41,191 bases of DNA from Nemertoderma westbladi (GCA_032718475.1 JAUCBJ010001268.1:1-41191), one strand, 5' to 3'. Counted from the first letter of the stretch, positions 22,589 to 33,520 are shown. Notes: generated by a model from the letters alone, not told the origin. Program-made: numbers and translations.

Positions 22589-22963
22589 ATATTCATTTGC
22601 TTTTCGCCGCAATCTTTTATATTCTGAGCAGTATTCTAAAGCTGATTTTGCAACTCGTTTAAAAGATATTAGAAGTTTAAACGCTTCAAATCCCTTCACA
22701 TCTTTATCCTTCTCAAAAAGTGAATCGAGTTCCACTAACAAATTACTAACACCATCTGCATGATTTAAATTTTCCTCTGGAATCGACAATGCCAAAGACA
22801 ATGCTTCACCCTTTAATGAATGAACTAATATCGCTGGTGCTTGTTTATTTTTTGTTAATGATGTAAATATTGCCCACATCCTTAGAAGTTTCTTCCATTC
22901 CTCATAATTTGGATCTTTCTCAGGTAGAATAGGAGGTACTGTTAGTGTTGACTTTTCAGCCAT
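22589..22963 (-). CDS. Copia polyprotein, 5' part (gag N-terminus)
   Basis: MAEKSTLTVPPIL...YEEWKKLLRMW...KQAPAILVHSLKGEA...KANEY joins in frame to QIEISDTT at 17644 once the Gypsy element and one TSD copy are removed. Confidence 0.93.
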
Positions 22964-23586
22964 TTTTGTTTTAATCAAAAATTACAAATGATTTCAGCAG
23001 TTCAGCCACAACCAAAATCTGGCTGCCAGACAGAGGCCTGTCGTAATAATTGAATAATCGGTACCGGTAATTTAATGTGGTAACAAGGCCTGTCTTCTAA
23101 CTCGTTAGCCTAAAGCCTAGGCCTATTCTCTGATTCTTATTATAGAATAAATTATTTTTATTTATTGAGGCCAACCATTCCAGCATTCAGTCATTATAGT
23201 AGAATACCATGCTGCCATGTAATACATTAAAATACAATACTGAATATAGCAATATTATATAATTGAGTTAGATTGTTAATATTGAAGCCTACCATTTCAA
23301 CATTCAGTCATTCTGGTAGAAATGAATTGGAGTTGAATACCATGTAGTTAACAAGTACTGCGGTTGTGCGGTGTACTGACTATAAGTTTGATGTTGCCTG
23401 CATTTGGTCAATAAGCAGGTCTGTAAGTAGGTCAGTAGGTAGACCTATTCAATCAGTCAATGTTTGTGGCTGCGACATAGGGGCCTACCTGTACCACCAT
23501 CGGCAATCGGCACCATCTTCTGATCAACAACAACGGACTGACAGATAATATAACTTCTTCAGTACGCAGTATAAATCACTGTACAC

Positions 23587-23598
23587 GCTCTGCTACCA
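23587..23598 (-). promoter_or_regulatory. Copia primer-binding site (tRNA-Met type)
   Basis: Minus strand TGGTAGCAGAGC one base after the 5' LTR; this is the PBS described for GalEa elements. Confidence 0.85.
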
Positions 23599-23599
23599 T

Positions 23600-23801
23600 T
23601 GTTTAATCTAATATATTGCCCAATACTAGGTAATAAATACAATCGTGTTTCACTTACTACATCAACTGTCAGACTTATATTTTACTACTTCAACACTTTA
23701 GTGCAGCAGTACTGCAGTACACATACAGACATACTAACACAATAACACAACAGGTACCTACCGGTACACCTAAAAACCCCTCACCATATATTACTCTCAC
23801 A
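23600..23801 (-). repeat. Copia 5' LTR (202 bp)
   Basis: Matches 13277-13478. Confidence 0.97.
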
Positions 23802-25920
23802 CGTACACGTACACGTACACGTACACGTACACGTACACGTACACGTACACGTACACGTACACGTACACGTACACGTACACGTACACGTACACGTACACGT
23901 ACACGTACACGTACACGTACACGTACACGTACACGTACACGTACACGTACACGTACACGTACACGTACACGTACACGTACACGTACACGTACACGTACAC
24001 GTACACGTACACGTACACGTACACGTACACGTACACGTACACGTACACGTACACGTACACGTACACGTACACGTACACGTACACGTACACGTACACGTAC
24101 ACGTACACGTACACGTACACGTACACGTACACGTACACGTACACGTACACGTACACGTACACGTACACGTACACGTACACGTACACGTACACGTACACGT
24201 ACACGTACACGTACACGTACACGTACACGTACACGTACACGTACACGTACACGTACACGTACACGTACACGTACACGTACACGTACACGTACACGTACAC
24301 GTACACGTACACGTACACGTACACGTACACGTACACGTACACGTACACGTACACGTACACGTACACGTACACGTACACGTACACGTACACGTACACGTAC
24401 ACGTACACGTACACGTACACGTACACGTACACGTACACGTACACGTACACGTACACGTACACGTACACGTACACGTACACGTACACGTACACGTACACGT
24501 ACACGTACACGTACACGTACACGTACACGTACACGTACACGTACACGTACACGTACACGTACACGTACACGTACACGTACACGTAGACGTACACGTAGAC
24601 GTACACGTAGACGTACACGTAGACGTACACGTAGACGTACACGTAGACGTACACGTAGACGTACACGTAGACGTACACGTAGACGTACACGTAGACGTAC
24701 ACGTAGACGTACACGTAGACGTACACGTAGACGTACACGTAGACGTACACGTAGACGTACACGTAGACGTACACGTAGACGTACACGTAGACGTACACGT
24801 AGACGTACACGTAGACGTAGACGTAGACGTACACGTACACGTACACGTACACGTACACGCACACGTACACGTACACGTACACGTACACGTACACGTACAC
24901 GTACACGTACACGTACACGTACACGTACACGTAGACGTAGACGTACACGTAGACGTACACGTAGACGTACACGTAGACGTACACGTAGACGTACACGTAG
25001 ACGTACACGTAGACGTACACGTAGACGTACACGTAGACGTAGACGTACACGTAGACGTACACGTAGACGTACACGTACACGTACACGTACACGTACACGT
25101 ACACGTACACGTACACGTACACGTACACGTACACGCACACGTACACGTACACGTACACGTACACGTACACGTACACGTACACGCACACGTACACGCACAC
25201 GTACACGCACACGTACACGTACACGTACACGTACACGTACACGTACACGTACACGTACACGTACACGTACACGTACACGTACACGTACACGTACACGTAC
25301 ACGTACACGTACACGTACACGTACACGTACACGTACACGTACACGTACACGTACACGTACACGTACACGTACACGTACACGTACACGTACACGTACACGT
25401 ACACGTACACGTACACGTACACGTACACGTACACGTACACGTACACGTACACGTACACGTACACGTACACGTACACGTACACGTACACGTACACGTACAC
25501 GTACACGTACACGTACACGTACACGTACACGTACACGTACACGTACACGTACACGTACACGTACACGTACACGTACACGTACACGTACACGTACACGTAC
25601 ACGTACACGTACACGTACACGTACACGTACACGTACACGTACACGTACACGTACACGTACACGTACACGTACACGTACACGTACACGTACACGTACACGT
25701 ACACGTACACGTAGACGTACACGTAGACGTAGACGTACACGTAGACGTACACGTAGACGTACACGTAGACGTACACGTAGACGTACACGTAGACGTACAC
25801 GTAGACGTACACGTAGACGTACACGTAGACGTACACGTAGACGTACACGTAGACGTACACGTAGACGTACACGTAGACGTACACGTAGACGTACACGTAG
25901 ACGTTCACGTACACGTACAC
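23802..25920. repeat. ~2.1-kb (ACACGT)n microsatellite with (ACACGTAGACGT)n blocks
   Basis: Directly visible; about 350 hexamers. Confidence 0.99.
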
Positions 25921-25964
25921 TCGACTGTTTCACCAGTACCAGCAGCCTTCAGGCTGTCAGGCCT

Positions 25965-27563
25965 ATGACAGTACTGCAGTCTGGCAGTAGGAATAGAAAT
26001 ATTCATCGAAATATTCGATCAATGCGTTGCTGCAAGTGCAATCGTAGCGGAACATGTCAAACCTGCCTCTGTTCTAAAAGGGGCATTAGTTGCATCGACT
26101 GCCTCCCAGGTAAAATCACGGAGTGTCGCAACCCCCACGCCCACGCCCGATCAGCGTCAATAGTGCGAGCTCCTGCCTCGGGGAGTATGAAGTCCCATCT
26201 CGAAGCGGAGCCCCAAATTGCAGCCTTTTCAACTGCCTATGCGGGGTCGCTCACAGATCCCCTGTTTCCAGCGGGTCCGCCATTGGATCCCTCGATCCCA
26301 GCGGGTCTGCAAACGGATCTCTCGACTACAGCGGATTCGATAACGGATTCCCTGACTCCACCGGGTCTGCCAACGGATCCCCCGACTTCAGCGGGTCTGC
26401 CAACGGATCTACCGACTTCAGCGGGTCTGCCAACGGATCCACCGACTCCAGCGGGTCTGCCAACGGATCCCTCGACTACAGCGGGTTCGACAACGGATTC
26501 CCCGACTCCACCGGGTCTGCCAACGGATCACCCGATTTCAGCGGGTCTGCCAACGGATCTACCGACTTCAGCAGGTCTGCCAACGGATCCACCGACTCCA
26601 GCGGGTCTGCCAACGGATCCCTCGACTACAGCGGGTTCGCCAACTGATCCCCCGACTTCAGCGAGTCTGCCAACGGATCCCCCGACTCCAGCGGGTCTGC
26701 CAACGGATCCCCCGACTTCAGCGGCTCTGCCAACGGATCCCCCGACTCCAGCGGGTCTGTCAACGGATCCCCAGACTTCAGCGGGTCTGCCAACGGATCC
26801 CCCGACTTCAGCGGGTCTGCCAAAGGATCCCCCATTTCCAGTGGGTCTGCCAACGGATCCCCCGACTTCAGCGGGTCTGCCAATGGATCCCTCGACTTCA
26901 GCGTGTCTGCAAACGGATCCCCCGACTCCAGCGGATCTGCCAACGGATCCCCCGACTTCAACGGGTCTGACATCGGATCCCCCGACTCCAGCGGGTCTGC
27001 CAATGGATCCCCAGACTTCAGCGGGTCTGCCAACGGATCCCCCGACTTCAGTGGGTCTGCCAAAGGATCCCCCGTTTCCAGTGGGTCTGCCAACGTATCC
27101 CCCGACTTCAGTGGATCTGCCAATGGATCCCCCGACTTCAGCGGGTCTGCCAACGGATCACCCGACTCCGGCTGGGCTGCCAACGGATCCCCCGACTTCA
27201 ACGGGTTCGCCAACGGATCCCCCGACTCCAGCGGGTCTGCCAACGGATCCCCCGACTCCAGAGGGTCTGCCAACGGATCCCCCAACGTCAACGGGTCTGC
27301 CAACGGATCCCCCGACTCCAGTGTGTCTGCCAACGGATCCCCCGACTCCTACTGGTCTGCCAACGGATCCCCCGACTTCAGTGGGTCTGCCAACGGATCC
27401 CCCAACTTCAGCAGGTCTGCCTATGGATCCCCCGACTCCTACGGGTTCCAAATTCAATGAGATTTTATCTGTACCCGCTGAGTCTCGGATGCGTTTGGGG
27501 TCACGGATAACAGACTACTTTAAGGCGGGGGTAGGGTTAACCATAACCATACCATTCCCATAA
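25965..27563 (+). CDS. LINE ORF1 segment a: Cys-rich N-terminal domain and ~39 copies of a 10-aa repeat (AGLPTDPPTS)
   Basis: CCKCNRSGTCQTCLCSKRGISCIDCLPGKITECRN; 30-bp coding repeat at ~26255-27445. The real start may be the ATG at 26022. Confidence 0.7.
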   Translation: MTVLQSGSRNRNIHRNIRSMRCCKCNRSGTCQTCLCSKRGISCIDCLPGKITECRNPHAHARSASIVRAPASGSMKSHLEAEPQIAAFSTAYAGSLTDPLFPAGPPLDPSIPAGLQTDLSTTADSITDSLTPPGLPTDPPTSAGLPTDLPTSAGLPTDPPTPAGLPTDPSTTAGSTTDSPTPPGLPTDHPISAGLPTDLPTSAGLPTDPPTPAGLPTDPSTTAGSPTDPPTSASLPTDPPTPAGLPTDPPTSAALPTDPPTPAGLSTDPQTSAGLPTDPPTSAGLPKDPPFPVGLPTDPPTSAGLPMDPSTSACLQTDPPTPADLPTDPPTSTGLTSDPPTPAGLPMDPQTSAGLPTDPPTSVGLPKDPPFPVGLPTYPPTSVDLPMDPPTSAGLPTDHPTPAGLPTDPPTSTGSPTDPPTPAGLPTDPPTPEGLPTDPPTSTGLPTDPPTPVCLPTDPPTPTGLPTDPPTSVGLPTDPPTSAGLPMDPPTPTGSKFNEILSVPAESRMRLGSRITDYFKAGVGLTITIPFP

Positions 27564-27622
27564 ACCTCGAGACGCCAGGGAAATGTACCCCAAACATTTG
27601 CGAACGCAACACACTAGCATCC

Positions 27623-29173
27623 ATGAACAAATCAGTGGAAGAGGTCGATGACCTCCACAATGATGCAAGTAGTGACTGTTACGAAGTTTACCCAGATGAC
27701 TCTCAAACATATACACCCACTGAATTAAAAACTAATGTAGGACAATTTATTGCCGACATGAACTCTAAGCCACCTAACTACCCAGTGCCCATACATAGTC
27801 ATTTACAGGAACTTACTAGTACAGACTATTTGAGCGATGACGTCATAGACTGCTTTCTAGGTTTAGTATCAAAGCAATTTCCACATGTTGCCACAGTTCT
27901 TACTCACGTAACATATAATTTGCAACGTGCTAACCATGACATTACAAGTCAGGTAAAATATGTCGCAAAACGTTACCTGGCTCCCCATGCCAAGAGACGT
28001 CCTGAGACATTATTCTTTCCTGAATGTATTGACGAACATTTTGTGATACATGTAGCAAACTGTAAGTCCTCAACCATCTGCACAGTTAATCCATTGGGCG
28101 ATACGATGCCAACTAAAACAACGTTTGCAATCGCTGACCTTCTAAATTTAATAGACTCAGTTGCTAATCCCTCAAAAAGCAAATGGTTGGTTAATATTTG
28201 CAATTTTAACTATCCAAAACAGGAAAATAATTTTGATTGTGGTGTTTATATATGCCTGTATGCTCTTGCGATCACTCACGCGCTGCCAACAATCTCATCT
28301 ATTCACTCAGAGAGTAAGGACGCACGACTCTGGCTATATAACTGTCTTGATAAGTACAAGTTAGTCCATCACGATCAAGTGACTTATGATCCATCATACT
28401 CACCCTGGGATATTGCAGCACCCAATACTGATTTTAATGTGGGAATCGAAAAAGACACAGATATAATATCTGAGCGTTATGGCAAGGTTGAAACTCTGCA
28501 TGGGGACAATCTAATAAATTTTTTAAGTCAGAAGACAGACCCACATGACTTTGTGAAGGCGTTATGGTCTAGCAAGATGCTACAGAATCCCAAGGATGAC
28601 CTAATATCCACACTTAAACAATTGGGGTTTGATATACTCTCCAAACTTCAGAAGAAATTATTTAAGGCAATACTTGAAACAATTATTGGAGACAATAAAA
28701 GCATTAAATGTACCTGTATTAATAGAAAATCAATAGATGAGGTTGCCGCGGATGTTGCTGAGTTTGCAATAGTTCTTGAGGAGAAAGCATTAACGTCTGT
28801 CTTCAAAAAAAGAATTAACATCAGTAGCACTGAAGCGTTTGGTCTATTTGAGCTAATTAATCTAGTTTCCACTCTTCAGGTAGAAATGAAATCGATGGCA
28901 ACACAATGCAGCTCTTATACATCTAGGATCAAAAGTTTAGAAGAACAGGTCAAACAGTTGAAAATCAGTGATGTTAATAATCCAAAGCGTGAAAATGTGA
29001 TAGATAACCAAAACAAAGCGAACACTATGAAATCAAAAAAGGCAAATAAGCTTAGCAATGTTGGTCAAGAATTCGTTAATAACCAAGAACAAAATACAGC
29101 AAAAACTTCATCAGAAACATCAAATCCATTCAATATCGGAAGAGCAGCTAAACAACAAAAGAAAAAAAAATAA
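27623..29173 (+). CDS. LINE ORF1 segment b: Ulp1/SENP-like C48 cysteine protease and coiled coil
   Basis: YLSDDVIDCFL...FFPECIDEHFVIHV...VNPL...PKQENNFDCGVYICLYA matches the WLnDevI / P..HW / DS / PxQxNxxDCG pattern; heptads VSTLQVEMKSM...IKSLEEQVKQL. Confidence 0.8.
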   Translation: MNKSVEEVDDLHNDASSDCYEVYPDDSQTYTPTELKTNVGQFIADMNSKPPNYPVPIHSHLQELTSTDYLSDDVIDCFLGLVSKQFPHVATVLTHVTYNLQRANHDITSQVKYVAKRYLAPHAKRRPETLFFPECIDEHFVIHVANCKSSTICTVNPLGDTMPTKTTFAIADLLNLIDSVANPSKSKWLVNICNFNYPKQENNFDCGVYICLYALAITHALPTISSIHSESKDARLWLYNCLDKYKLVHHDQVTYDPSYSPWDIAAPNTDFNVGIEKDTDIISERYGKVETLHGDNLINFLSQKTDPHDFVKALWSSKMLQNPKDDLISTLKQLGFDILSKLQKKLFKAILETIIGDNKSIKCTCINRKSIDEVAADVAEFAIVLEEKALTSVFKKRINISSTEAFGLFELINLVSTLQVEMKSMATQCSSYTSRIKSLEEQVKQLKISDVNNPKRENVIDNQNKANTMKSKKANKLSNVGQEFVNNQEQNTAKTSSETSNPFNIGRAAKQQKKKK

Positions 29174-30485
29174 GGAAAAGTGTAATGTATCCAAAAAATA
29201 CCACAAGCAACAGGGTCTAACAACAGACTCATGTGATGAGATATGTTTGTGTGATAGTCAATGTAGTTCCGATGCAGAACTAAACTATCAATCTGTTATG
29301 GACAATGCATCAGTGAAAAACCCTCAAAATCTTAAGGATGTTCTACTATGCAAAGAGGTCTGGAAGGAAGCAAGCGAAAAGAAATGCAATAAGAAACAAC
29401 GAGCGCAACCACAGGTACCACCAACGGAAACTCAAAATAGTTTTGATGCCCTTGACGATATGAAAATAGTGGGAAAACTTATCAAAGACCAAACCAGCAT
29501 GATACAGAGCTTGTTACAGTCTAATAACTCTAAGAACAATAACAATAAAGATAACAACAATGCTGGTAATAGGAATAAAACTGTTGCAACAGGTAAATCA
29601 GGTATGAATGATAAACTGGTTACCATACATGTAAATGGTCTACAGCCTGATAGTTCGAGTATATCGATATCACAATTCTGCTTCAAACAAACAGGCTACA
29701 GACCTGTAAATGTCTGGGTCACAGGATACAGGGGTAGAACAAAGGCAGCGAAAATAACCATTGAGTCTAGCCATAAGGACATCTTCACCCAAGATAATAT
29801 TTGGCCAGATGGGTCACACATAACAAGGATGGAAGACAGCAGTATGAGTACAGGCTACTATCCAAACTATAAAAATCGGAGCAGAAATCATTATAATAAT
29901 CCACCACCACAACCCAGCGAAGATAGTATATATAGGGACTGGGACACATACAACCAAAGGGCAAATACCAATGATGTTATGACGCCATACGATGTGGCAC
30001 AATATAGTATAGGCCTCAACAACACAAGATATTTTAATACTGGTTATAGGCACCAGCAAGACGGGTCAAATAGAAAGCCATTGGTCAATCCCGGTTCGGT
30101 CACCAAGATAAAGGGTGCATCGGGGCAGAGTTATATCAACCACCCTCAGAATACAAGAGTAATCCCAGGAATTGGCTGTCAATATCATAAATCATCACTC
30201 AATCCCGCTTTGGCTCAAGCTAGTTTGGCTACGGAGAGAAACAGAGCTCCGGGACATAAGTATACCAATTATACTCAGAACACAGGAGTAATACCAGATT
30301 TCAGAGGTGAACATCAGTATGATTTTCCATACCCGAAGTGCACATACGATGTTAGTGGAAAATGGTCTTCTCCAATATACTACTCACCGCACTCTGGTCA
30401 AAGTCAGAATATAGGAGACAGGGACTTCAGATCATATAAAAGAAGTCCCTACCCCATCCATCCACAAAGACAGCAGCCCTTTTAA
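29058..30485 (+). CDS. LINE ORF1 segment c: RRM-like domain and low-complexity tail
   Basis: TIHVNGLQPD...AAKITI...IWPDGSHITR resembles the RRM-like WPxG domain of LINE ORF1 proteins; joins segment b across the A9 run at 29162-29170. Confidence 0.65.
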   Translation: MLVKNSLITKNKIQQKLHQKHQIHSISEEQLNNKRKKNKEKCNVSKKYHKQQGLTTDSCDEICLCDSQCSSDAELNYQSVMDNASVKNPQNLKDVLLCKEVWKEASEKKCNKKQRAQPQVPPTETQNSFDALDDMKIVGKLIKDQTSMIQSLLQSNNSKNNNNKDNNNAGNRNKTVATGKSGMNDKLVTIHVNGLQPDSSSISISQFCFKQTGYRPVNVWVTGYRGRTKAAKITIESSHKDIFTQDNIWPDGSHITRMEDSSMSTGYYPNYKNRSRNHYNNPPPQPSEDSIYRDWDTYNQRANTNDVMTPYDVAQYSIGLNNTRYFNTGYRHQQDGSNRKPLVNPGSVTKIKGASGQSYINHPQNTRVIPGIGCQYHKSSLNPALAQASLATERNRAPGHKYTNYTQNTGVIPDFRGEHQYDFPYPKCTYDVSGKWSSPIYYSPHSGQSQNIGDRDFRSYKRSPYPIHPQRQQPF

Positions 30486-30552
30486 ATCATCAAATGCTTC
30501 AAACACACCACCTCCAGTTTTCAACAATGATGAAACCAACAAGAGAAACTGT

Positions 30553-31710
30553 ATGGGACTAAAACTGTTAACGTTAAATTGTGAAGGCTACATCAGGAAT
30601 AAAAATTATGTGGTAGAGCTACTAGACAACATACAGCCTGATATAGTATGTCTCCAAGAGCATTGGCTTGGTCCAAGACAGGCTGAGGTCTGTCTAATGC
30701 GTAATAAAGTATACTTGGCATACTCCTGTGCAGCTGTGACAGTTTCAGATGGAATGCTCACACCCAAACCCCGGGTAAGAGGAGAGGGGGGAACTGTGTT
30801 ATTGGTTAAAAATGAACTAGTACCATTCTGCGCCTCACTGACAACAAACTCTGACAGAGTGTGTGGGATAACCATTAGATCACTATATGACCAGAACTTA
30901 GCAATAATTAACACTTATATGCCAGCCAATTGTAATAGAGAAAACGATACGCATGACTATTTGCGAGAGACCAACAACCTCAATGTCCTGATCACCGAGT
31001 GTATTAATTCTAATCTAACACCCATTGTAATGGGTGATATAAATGGAACTATTCAACGTGATAACACCATACAACCTAGAGGAGCCTCGCACTACTCTGC
31101 TTTTGGCAAGATGTTTTATGACAACATAATCGAGCCTAATGAATTCATTGCTGCAGATATGACAACAAAATCGTCTGGAATGCTGTTTACGTATTCAGCC
31201 AAGTATAATGGGGTTGACCACGCGAGATCTAGCTATATAGATCATATATTTATCCCTCAACAGTGGTTTGATTATCTAATAAAATCTACAGTTGGTGAAC
31301 CTGATAATAATAATGTTTCGAAACATCTACCAGTGTATGCAGTTCTCCAACTAGTAAAGGCAGAGAACACCGTACCACTTAACTTCCATAAGAAAAAACA
31401 AGATAACATTGGATGGAACTTCAAAAAGGCCACAACTGAAAATTTGGCAACCTACAAAGAAAACATAGAAAGTAATCTTACTAAACCAACATTAACCGAA
31501 ACATCTGTTGATGGCAGAGCCAAGCATCTTATTAGAACCATATCGAATGCGGCACGTTCCTTTATTCCAATGTCGTATGTAAAATACCGGCCATACTCAA
31601 ACAACGAATCATACGAGGACCATGTACAAGCTCTAGTAAACTCAAACCGAAATAACTCCAAATGTTTTTGGCGAAAAATAAAAACAAAAAAAGCATCATG
31701 TTTTCACTGA
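30553..31710 (+). CDS. LINE ORF2 apurinic-like endonuclease domain
   Basis: LTLNCEG, DIVCLQEHWL, GGTVLLV, NTYMP, MGDIN, FTY, YIDHIF, SKHLPV. Confidence 0.92.
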   Translation: MGLKLLTLNCEGYIRNKNYVVELLDNIQPDIVCLQEHWLGPRQAEVCLMRNKVYLAYSCAAVTVSDGMLTPKPRVRGEGGTVLLVKNELVPFCASLTTNSDRVCGITIRSLYDQNLAIINTYMPANCNRENDTHDYLRETNNLNVLITECINSNLTPIVMGDINGTIQRDNTIQPRGASHYSAFGKMFYDNIIEPNEFIAADMTTKSSGMLFTYSAKYNGVDHARSSYIDHIFIPQQWFDYLIKSTVGEPDNNNVSKHLPVYAVLQLVKAENTVPLNFHKKKQDNIGWNFKKATTENLATYKENIESNLTKPTLTETSVDGRAKHLIRTISNAARSFIPMSYVKYRPYSNNESYEDHVQALVNSNRNNSKCFWRKIKTKKASCFH

Positions 31711-33520
31711 TAAGCAACTAATACAGGTTCATCAACGTTTGACTGATCAATTTAAATGTGATCAGTCCGATCAAGGTAGTAAAAAACAGGAGAATATTGT
31801 CATAGATCAGTCTGAAGCAGCCACGGTAAAACTTAAGGGGGAAACCGTTATAGACAAAATGATAGAGCAATCTGATGCAGATAATAGAGATGAATTAGGT
31901 ACCGCGACCGTGAAACCAAAAGAAATCTCCCAACTAATTAACAAACTTAATCGCGGCAAATCAAATGACTTCTACCAACTCAATACAGAAAGCCTAGTAT
32001 ACGGACGCTCACCAGGATTATGTAGCTACATTGCAGATCTTTTTACAGATATCCAAAACAGTGGCACCTGTCCTGAAATTTTCTCCGTTAGTACCATCTC
32101 TCCCATTCCAAAAGGACAAAGAGTCGGTACAATCCCACGAGACGTTAATTTTCGATCCATTTCCATTGCTCTAAGCATAGCAAAACTCTGGGAACTGTCT
32201 CTGCTGGAAGAACTCTCTAAACTACCAACGAATAACTTGCAACTTGGTTATAAAGCGGGTTCAGGGTCTGACATCGCACACCAGGTTGTCAACAGTATTA
32301 TTAACAAATTTACTAAGAAAAGATCGCACATGTATGCAATGTGTGTGGATTTAACATCGGCGTTTGATACGGTCTGTCACAGTAAGTTATTTGCTAAACT
32401 AAGGAGGACTGACGTCCAACCTCGAGTTATTGATGCCCTGGAATCCTTTTACAAGAACTCAACTTCCCACATCGCTGCAAATGGGCACTTCATCCACAAA
32501 CCAATACAAATACAAAGAGGTGTGCGTCAAGGTGGCATCCTATCACCCATATTATTTAACTTCTATCTAACTGAACTCATACATGACTTGGAAACAAGTG
32601 GTTTGGGTGCACATATAGGACAGCAATCATTTTGTGTCGTCAATTACGCAGATGATATTATAATTTTGTCAACCCTGAAGACTGACTTAGCAAAACTTCT
32701 AAAAACCTCATCTGATTACTTCAAGAATCACAACTTAGAGCTTAACATTGTAAAATGTCATTACCTGTCAATCGATGTTAAAGGGAATCCATCAATAGAT
32801 GACACCATCATGCTGGAGGGAAATAAATTGCGCGCAGTGAAATCATGTAAATATATGGGTATACCAATTCCAGCTGGCTGTAAATCAATCTACAACTTCA
32901 ACAATAGCAAAATCTGGAGTAATATGTCTCAAATGGAGCGGTCAGGACTCACATTAACCGATGTCCCACTGAGTATAGTATCTCGTATATGGAAAGCCAT
33001 CTGCATACCGAGTATAGCTTATGGCTCCTCAAGTCTCACCTCTGAAGGGATAAACAGTCTAGGCAAAGGTATGCGTAAGGCGATGCGCAAAGTGATACAC
33101 TTAAATAACCGTGTCTCCAATAACGTACTATATTCATTGTTCGATATTAATATAGATGCGTGTCTGCGGCTACAGCAGTTCAATTTTATATTCAGATTGT
33201 TTAACACAGGCAATCCGAAACTAAACTGGTTGTTTGGAAATATTTTGTGTGACCACTGTACGGGAAACAGAGTTGATATTTTCTCATCATATCAGATATC
33301 ATCGTTTTTGTACAACCTACCATCTTTGCTATCAATTGCAATATCTTCCTATTCCACCAAACTTTGTTCTAGAACTGTGTATAACGCTACAAAACAGTGT
33401 ATGTCAAATAGAGACGTTTTTATATCTATTTATATACAAGCGCTATTAAATAATTTTTCCTATGATGCGTGCTATCGCCTGTCGGTTATTAAGGACTATT
33501 TAAAACTATTTTACATATAA
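31682..33520 (+). CDS. LINE ORF2 reverse transcriptase domain (one-base frameshift relative to APE)
   Basis: PIPKG, NFRSIS, QLGYK, VDLTSAFDTV, GVRQGGILSP, YADD, KYMG; the frame is open back to the A-rich tract at ~31674-31692. Confidence 0.93.
   Translation, partial: KQKKHHVFTDKQLIQVHQRLTDQFKCDQSDQGSKKQENIVIDQSEAATVKLKGETVIDKMIEQSDADNRDELGTATVKPKEISQLINKLNRGKSNDFYQLNTESLVYGRSPGLCSYIADLFTDIQNSGTCPEIFSVSTISPIPKGQRVGTIPRDVNFRSISIALSIAKLWELSLLEELSKLPTNNLQLGYKAGSGSDIAHQVVNSIINKFTKKRSHMYAMCVDLTSAFDTVCHSKLFAKLRRTDVQPRVIDALESFYKNSTSHIAANGHFIHKPIQIQRGVRQGGILSPILFNFYLTELIHDLETSGLGAHIGQQSFCVVNYADDIIILSTLKTDLAKLLKTSSDYFKNHNLELNIVKCHYLSIDVKGNPSIDDTIMLEGNKLRAVKSCKYMGIPIPAGCKSIYNFNNSKIWSNMSQMERSGLTLTDVPLSIVSRIWKAICIPSIAYGSSSLTSEGINSLGKGMRKAMRKVIHLNNRVSNNVLYSLFDINIDACLRLQQFNFIFRLFNTGNPKLNWLFGNILCDHCTGNRVDIFSSYQISSFLYNLPSLLSIAISSYSTKLCSRTVYNATKQCMSNRDVFISIYIQALLNNFSYDACYRLSVIKDYLKLFYI

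Larger units (their letters stand above)
13277..23801 (-). mobile_element. Full-length Ty1/Copia LTR retrotransposon, GalEa-like, with a nested Gypsy element
   Basis: Two apparently identical 202-bp TG...CA LTRs; CGTAC on both flanks; PBS TGGTAGCAGAGC; domain order gag-PR-IN-RT-RH; GalEa-type HSQFGH, HVDD, KRLK and ADVLTK motifs. Confidence 0.95.

Noticed and set aside
23690-25933. 747-aa poly-RV and 707-aa poly-YV ORFs, and similar ORFs at 34012-35013
   Set aside because: Stop-free translations of the hexamer microsatellite; no coding evidence.
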